From an uncultured Bacteroidota bacterium (GTDB lineage Bacteria > Bacteroidota > Bacteroidia > UKL13-3): DNA of 64,000 nucleotides. The translations under genes and the position numbers were made by a program. A model generated the notes under the pieces. The model ran no database searches, was not told the origin of the DNA, and was given only the letters and a program-made list of their open reading frames with translations. Positions 59,957 to 64,000 of this stretch are shown here, piece by piece. The stretch is from NCBI GenBank assembly GCA_903883965.1, contig CAISCU010000008.1, positions 3,405 through 67,404 on the forward strand, read 5' to 3'. Numbering within the stretch: position 1 is the stretch's first letter; every line of letters starts with the position of its first letter.

Positions 59957-62053
59957 ATGAAAAAAAACTTGCTGTTTGGATTACTCATTGTAATGGCCAT
60001 TCAACTCATTGCACAAAATAACAACATGCTGAGCATAGGAAAATTATGGCAACTCAAACGATTGAGCGAGCCCATGCCCTCACCAGATGGAACAAAAGTA
60101 ATTTATGGGGTAAAGTCTTATGATATTGGTTTAAATAAAGGTACAAATCTCATTTATCTTCAAAGCTTAAATGATGGAAAAACAAGCTTGTTAACAACCG
60201 AAATACAAAATGCATACAGTGCCAAATGGAGTCCTGATGGGCTATCTGTTACTTTTTTATCAAATACCAAAGAAGGTCCGCAACTATTCAGAACTGAGCT
60301 GAAACAGTTGCATACCGAACAACTTACCCATGTGAAAGGCGGAATTGGCACTTATAAATTTGCTCCCGATGGCAAACATTTGGCCTATACAGCAGAAACT
60401 AAATTAGACAAAACTACCCAAGAAATTTATCCTGATTTAGACAAAACCAGTGGTAAAGTAATTGATGGTTTGTTATACAGACATTGGGATACTTGGCATG
60501 ATGGCACTTACAGCCATTTATTTGTTGTAGCAGTTGAAAATAGCCTACCTACAGCCAATGCAATAGACCTTATGCAAGGAGAAAAATTTGATTGTCCGCT
60601 CCAACCACATGGTGGAGATGACGACTACAATTGGAGCCATGATGGCAGTAAAATTGCCTTTGTGTGCAAAAAGGAAAATGGAACTACTGCCGCTTTTTCT
60701 ACCAACAGCGATGTATTTGTTTACCGTTTAAAAGACCAAGACCTTTTGAATGTATCTAGAAAAAACAAAGGCTACGACAAACAACCCGAATTTTCTCCTG
60801 ACGACAAACAATTGTTGTGGTTGAGCATGAGTACACCTGGCTATGAAAGCGACAAATCTAACATCAAAGTATACGTATTTGAGGGCATAGACGGAGGAAT
60901 AAAAGGGACTATTAAAACTCAAGTAGAGCCCGTTAAAACACTCACTGCACAATTTGATTATACTGTTGAACATGCCAGTTGGGTTGACAACCAAAAAATT
61001 GCTTTCATTGCAGTAAAAGATGGCTGTAAAAACTTATACACTTACAATCCAAAATCAACTGTAGACAACGGCATTTTAGCTTTAAGTACTGGCATACAAG
61101 ACTTCAATAGTTTGGCTATAGCAGGTATAAAAAACAACTATTTATTGGCCTTGAGAACCCGAATTGATCAACCAGCAGAACTCTTTAAAATTGAGTTGGG
61201 TAATGGAAAACAATCCCAAATCAGCCATGTAAACCAAGATTTATTAGCAACTGTGCAAATGGGTAAAGTTGAAAAAAGATTGATCCCTGCTACTGATGGA
61301 AAAAACATTTTAACCTGGGTTATTTACCCTCCTGATTTTGACCCTAAAAAAACATACCCTACCCTATTGTATTGTCAAGGAGGTCCACAAAGCCCAATTT
61401 CTCAAGGGTTCAGTTACCGTTGGAATTTTCAATTAATGGCAGCAAAAGGTTATATAGTTGTGGCTCCAAACCGTAGAGGCTTACCTGGTTTTGGGTCTGA
61501 ATGGAACGATGCCATTACTGGCGATTATGGAGGCCAATGTATGCGTGATTATTTAAGTGCAATTGATGCTGTAAGTAAGGAGCCTTTTGTAAACAAGGAA
61601 AAATTAGGAGCAGTTGGTGCGAGTTTTGGGGGTTACAGTGTGTATTGGTTAGCGGGCAATCACCAAAATAGGTTCAAAGCATTCATTGCTCATTGTGGTA
61701 TGTTTAATATGGAAAGTTGGTATGGTAGCACAGAAGAAATGTTCTTTGCACAACACGACAACAATGGCCCTTATTGGTATCAAAACAAACCATCAAATTT
61801 TGATGCTTCGCCACACCGTTTTGTTCAAAACTGGAACACCCCTATTTTGGTCATCCACAACGAAAAAGATTACAGAGTGCCCGTTACCCAAGGCATGGAA
61901 GCATTTACCGCTGCCCAAAGCATGCAAATTCCAAGTAAGTTTTTGTATTTCCCGGACGAAAACCATTGGGTTACCAAACCACAAAACAGTGTATTGTGGC
62001 AACGGGTATTTTTTGAATGGCTCGACCAATGGTTGAAAACACCTGCTAAGTAA
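59957..62053 (+). CDS. S9 family peptidase (prolyl oligopeptidase / acylaminoacyl peptidase-like) with N-terminal beta-propeller
   Basis: Catalytic Ser 'GASFGGY'; Asp and His regions near the C-terminus; signal peptide. Confidence 0.85.
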   Translation: MKKNLLFGLLIVMAIQLIAQNNNMLSIGKLWQLKRLSEPMPSPDGTKVIYGVKSYDIGLNKGTNLIYLQSLNDGKTSLLTTEIQNAYSAKWSPDGLSVTFLSNTKEGPQLFRTELKQLHTEQLTHVKGGIGTYKFAPDGKHLAYTAETKLDKTTQEIYPDLDKTSGKVIDGLLYRHWDTWHDGTYSHLFVVAVENSLPTANAIDLMQGEKFDCPLQPHGGDDDYNWSHDGSKIAFVCKKENGTTAAFSTNSDVFVYRLKDQDLLNVSRKNKGYDKQPEFSPDDKQLLWLSMSTPGYESDKSNIKVYVFEGIDGGIKGTIKTQVEPVKTLTAQFDYTVEHASWVDNQKIAFIAVKDGCKNLYTYNPKSTVDNGILALSTGIQDFNSLAIAGIKNNYLLALRTRIDQPAELFKIELGNGKQSQISHVNQDLLATVQMGKVEKRLIPATDGKNILTWVIYPPDFDPKKTYPTLLYCQGGPQSPISQGFSYRWNFQLMAAKGYIVVAPNRRGLPGFGSEWNDAITGDYGGQCMRDYLSAIDAVSKEPFVNKEKLGAVGASFGGYSVYWLAGNHQNRFKAFIAHCGMFNMESWYGSTEEMFFAQHDNNGPYWYQNKPSNFDASPHRFVQNWNTPILVIHNEKDYRVPVTQGMEAFTAAQSMQIPSKFLYFPDENHWVTKPQNSVLWQRVFFEWLDQWLKTPAK

Positions 62054-62095
62054 TTGGGCTTTGCGCCCACTCTTATTGATCAACTTCTTTACAAA

Positions 62096-62120
62096 AACAG
62101 AACTTAGGTTCTGTTTTTTT
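62096..62120 (+). terminator. rho-independent terminator (cagaac-ttag-gttctg + T7)
   Basis: 'aacagaacttaggttctgttttttt' 43 nt after the S9 peptidase stop. Confidence 0.6.
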
Positions 62121-62391
62121 GTGTTTGTTCATTTCATTGAACAGAATACATATGGGCAATTTGATTTTAAGATCTAAGAAAAAATATTATATACTATCAA
62201 AAAAAAAATTCAATTATATCTATAAAACAGTCCATTTATTTTTGAATTCAAATACAGCAAAAAAATTGTCAACGCTAATAAGCATTTTAAAATAAACCAT
62301 GAACAATTGAAAAACAATCCTATCTGTAATTGCAAGCTATGGTGCTCTTCAAATTAAAGCGAAACAAATTGACCCCTATACCAGAGCGGTA

Positions 62392-62800
62392 TTGGGAACA
62401 TTCGCAGGATTTATATTTACCATGAGCGGCAATAACCTCTTAAAAATGATGGGAATTGGAACAATGATTGCAAGTGCATTTCAATTGCTTGATACCTTGC
62501 AGGGAGGGAAATTAGTAAAAAATGACTGCGCTAAAAATGTAACTGTATTAGACAAAAAATGGGCTTCTAGTTTTAGAAAAAAGGCAAACTCCCGCTCATA
62601 CAATAGATGGAATTACAATAGAAGGAATGAATGCCGTATTCAAAGTTGCCGACGGTGTTTTTGTTCAAATTCTAACAAATTCAACTATCTGTTACTCCCC
62701 CGGCCTCAGTATGTTTGTAAACCATCATTTGAGAAATGCTGGCTTAAAAGATAAAACATGGGTTGACCAACAAACCGATTTGCGATGGAAAGCGTTGTAA
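62392..62800 (+). pseudogene. frameshifted remnant of an unknown gene (frame 1 to ~62555, frame 2 62552..62800)
   Basis: Two protein-like segments lie in different frames and are joinable by a 1-nt indel at an A6 run (62553-62558). The C-terminal half of the track ORF 62392..62754 is low-complexity junk. Confidence 0.35.
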
Positions 62801-62953
62801 TGGAAATCTATTCTTTAAAGAGAGAATTAACAATTACGCCAATAACTCAAAATAGATTGACATTCATACATACCTTAAATTTCATTTATTTCAAAAAATA
62901 GAGTTGAATTATTTTAATATACACGTATCTTAATAATAATAAATACACGCACA

Positions 62954-63202
62954 ATGACTACTAAATTGACTTTAACAATGGATGATGTGGTAATTAGAAC
63001 TGCAAAAAAATATGCAAAAAATAAAGGCAAAAGCGTATCTGATATCTTAGAAAACTACCTTAAAACTCTAACCTATATAGAAGATAAAGAAAATGAAATT
63101 GCACCAAGTATATTAAAAATGATGGGGGTACTTAAATTAGAGAAGGACTTTGATTACAAAGAAACACTTACAGCAGCTTTGGTAAAAAAACATAAAAAAT
63201 GA
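62954..63202 (+). CDS. RHH/CopG-like type II antitoxin (VapB-like)
   Basis: Strand-helix-helix pattern 'KLTLTMDDVVIRTAKKYAKNKGKSVSDILENYLKTL'. Its stop overlaps the start of a PIN gene (ATGA). Confidence 0.55.
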   Translation: MTTKLTLTMDDVVIRTAKKYAKNKGKSVSDILENYLKTLTYIEDKENEIAPSILKMMGVLKLEKDFDYKETLTAALVKKHKK

Positions 63203-63620
63203 TTCATTTATATTTAGACACCAATGTTCTGATTGATTTTTTTTAGCAAATAGAACTACATTTTCTATAGACGCTGCTAAACTTTTTAATTACGCTCTTA
63301 AGAAAAAAATCTGCATTTATGTTTCAGCTGTTTCCTATAACAACATCTATTATATTCTGAGGCAATCCAATTCACATTTAAATTGTATTCAAATACTTTC
63401 TGAACTCCAAAAATGGTCTGAAACAGTTAATGTAACAAAAGAGGTCATTGCCAACTCTGTTCAATCTGATTTCAAAGATTTTGAAGATGCAATTCAATAC
63501 GAATGTGCAAAAACGCTTACTAAAATTTCATGTATTGTTACTAGAAATACGAAAGACTTTAAAAAAAGTAATATACCAACAATGACTCCTAAAGTGGCGC
63601 TATCGCTTATTGAAAATTAA
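63199..63620 (+). pseudogene. PIN-domain (VapC-like) toxin gene interrupted by a -1 frameshift in a T8 homopolymer (63237-63244)
   Basis: 'MIHLYLDTNVLIDFF*' is followed, after the frameshift, by 'LANRTTFSIDAAKLF...DFEDAIQYECAK...' carrying the PIN acidic residues. Inserting one T restores a ~140-aa ORF. Confidence 0.6.
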
Positions 63621-63734
63621 AGTTTTTCTTAAATGACCCTGATTTCTAAAATCAACTTCTTACAATTAAATCAAAATTGAAATTACAATCAAAAAAGTAA
63701 ATTTTACTATTTATAAATTAATAGCATTAAGCTA

Positions 63735-64000
63735 CTAAATCCCTTTTTGCTCATACTGAAAACCCAATGATTTTTTTAATTTTTCAATCACTTCAAATAC
63801 AATAGGGCAAACTTGGTAATTGCTCCAGACATTGCGTTTGTATTTAAAATTTTCTTGCTCCAAATGCGGATAAGCGGCACAGGCTTGTGGCCTGTCTAAA
63901 TAAATGCCACATTTTTTTTCTTGTAGAAACATGCAGGGTTTGGCTTTTAAAAAGAGAGCTTCTCCGTCAAAAGCCACATGGGCGCGTTTAAAATCAACTG
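63735..64000 (-). CDS. YkgJ-family cysteine-cluster protein, 5'-partial (runs off window end); paralog of 45714..46211
   Basis: 'CMFLQEKKCGIYLDRPQACAAYPHL' aligns with 'CPFLGADKYCGIYEDRPNACREYPHL' of the other copy. Confidence 0.6.
   Translation of the reverse strand, partial: VDFKRAHVAFDGEALFLKAKPCMFLQEKKCGIYLDRPQACAAYPHLEQENFKYKRNVWSNYQVCPIVFEVIEKLKKSLGFQYEQKGI

Noticed and set aside
62392-62754. ORF-track 120-aa ORF as an intact gene
   Set aside because: Its C-terminal half (SYNRWNYNRRNECRIQSCRRCFCSN...) is low-complexity, while a better protein-like reading continues in another frame. It is treated as part of a frameshifted remnant instead.
1-64000. tRNA/rRNA genes, CRISPR arrays, IS elements and integrases
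   Set aside because: There are no regularly spaced short repeats and no transposase or integrase-like ORFs. I found no cloverleaf-compatible segments (GTTCGA-type T-arm with matching acceptor stem), although the manual scan cannot be exhaustive.

Overview
This window reads as a chromosomal segment from a low-GC Bacteroidota genome, probably Flavobacteriia, Sphingobacteriia or Cytophagia. Type IX secretion (T9SS) cargo carrying both type-A and type-B C-terminal sorting domains is present, and there is no Shine-Dalgarno usage. I see no rRNA, tRNA, CRISPR array, transposase or integrase. Most genes are housekeeping and densely packed. These include the complete sufBCDSE Fe-S assembly operon plus a DUF59/SufT-like gene, gatB, ribBA, coaBC, rpoZ, bamD, lgt, rsmG, lptF/G, a lolE-like gene, an accC-like gene, and several peptidases (S46, S9, M20, C40) and glycosyltransferases. 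Four accessory-looking blocks stand out. (i) At 39.1-45.7 kb a 1857-aa T9SS type-B cargo protein has a eukaryote-like architecture: an FG-GAP beta-propeller with an ASPIC/UnbV domain (CRTAC1-like), two duplicated C-type-lectin modules, SprB repeats and a gliding-motility C-terminal domain. It is followed by its own PorP/SprF gene. (ii) At 9.5-12.3 kb a minus-strand operon encodes a Lia-like intramembrane-sensing three-component system: a polytopic membrane protein, a HisKA_3 kinase and a LuxR-type regulator. It is preceded by a 104-aa unknown and followed by a 41-aa signal-peptide-like micro-ORF and a 91-aa membrane protein. (iii) At 62.1-63.7 kb an AT-rich islet holds an RHH-antitoxin/PIN-toxin pair in which the PIN gene is broken by a -1 frameshift in a T8 homopolymer. 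Upstream lie frameshifted remnants of another gene. (iv) At 0-5.6 kb a left-end accessory region carries a winged-helix regulator with small membrane proteins, a GNAT acetyltransferase flanked by repeated 'aatgtgt' motifs, a beta-lactamase-fold hydrolase and a YHYH-domain T9SS cargo. I reject a diversity-generating retroelement at the lectin modules. The most novel candidates are block (i) and block (ii).
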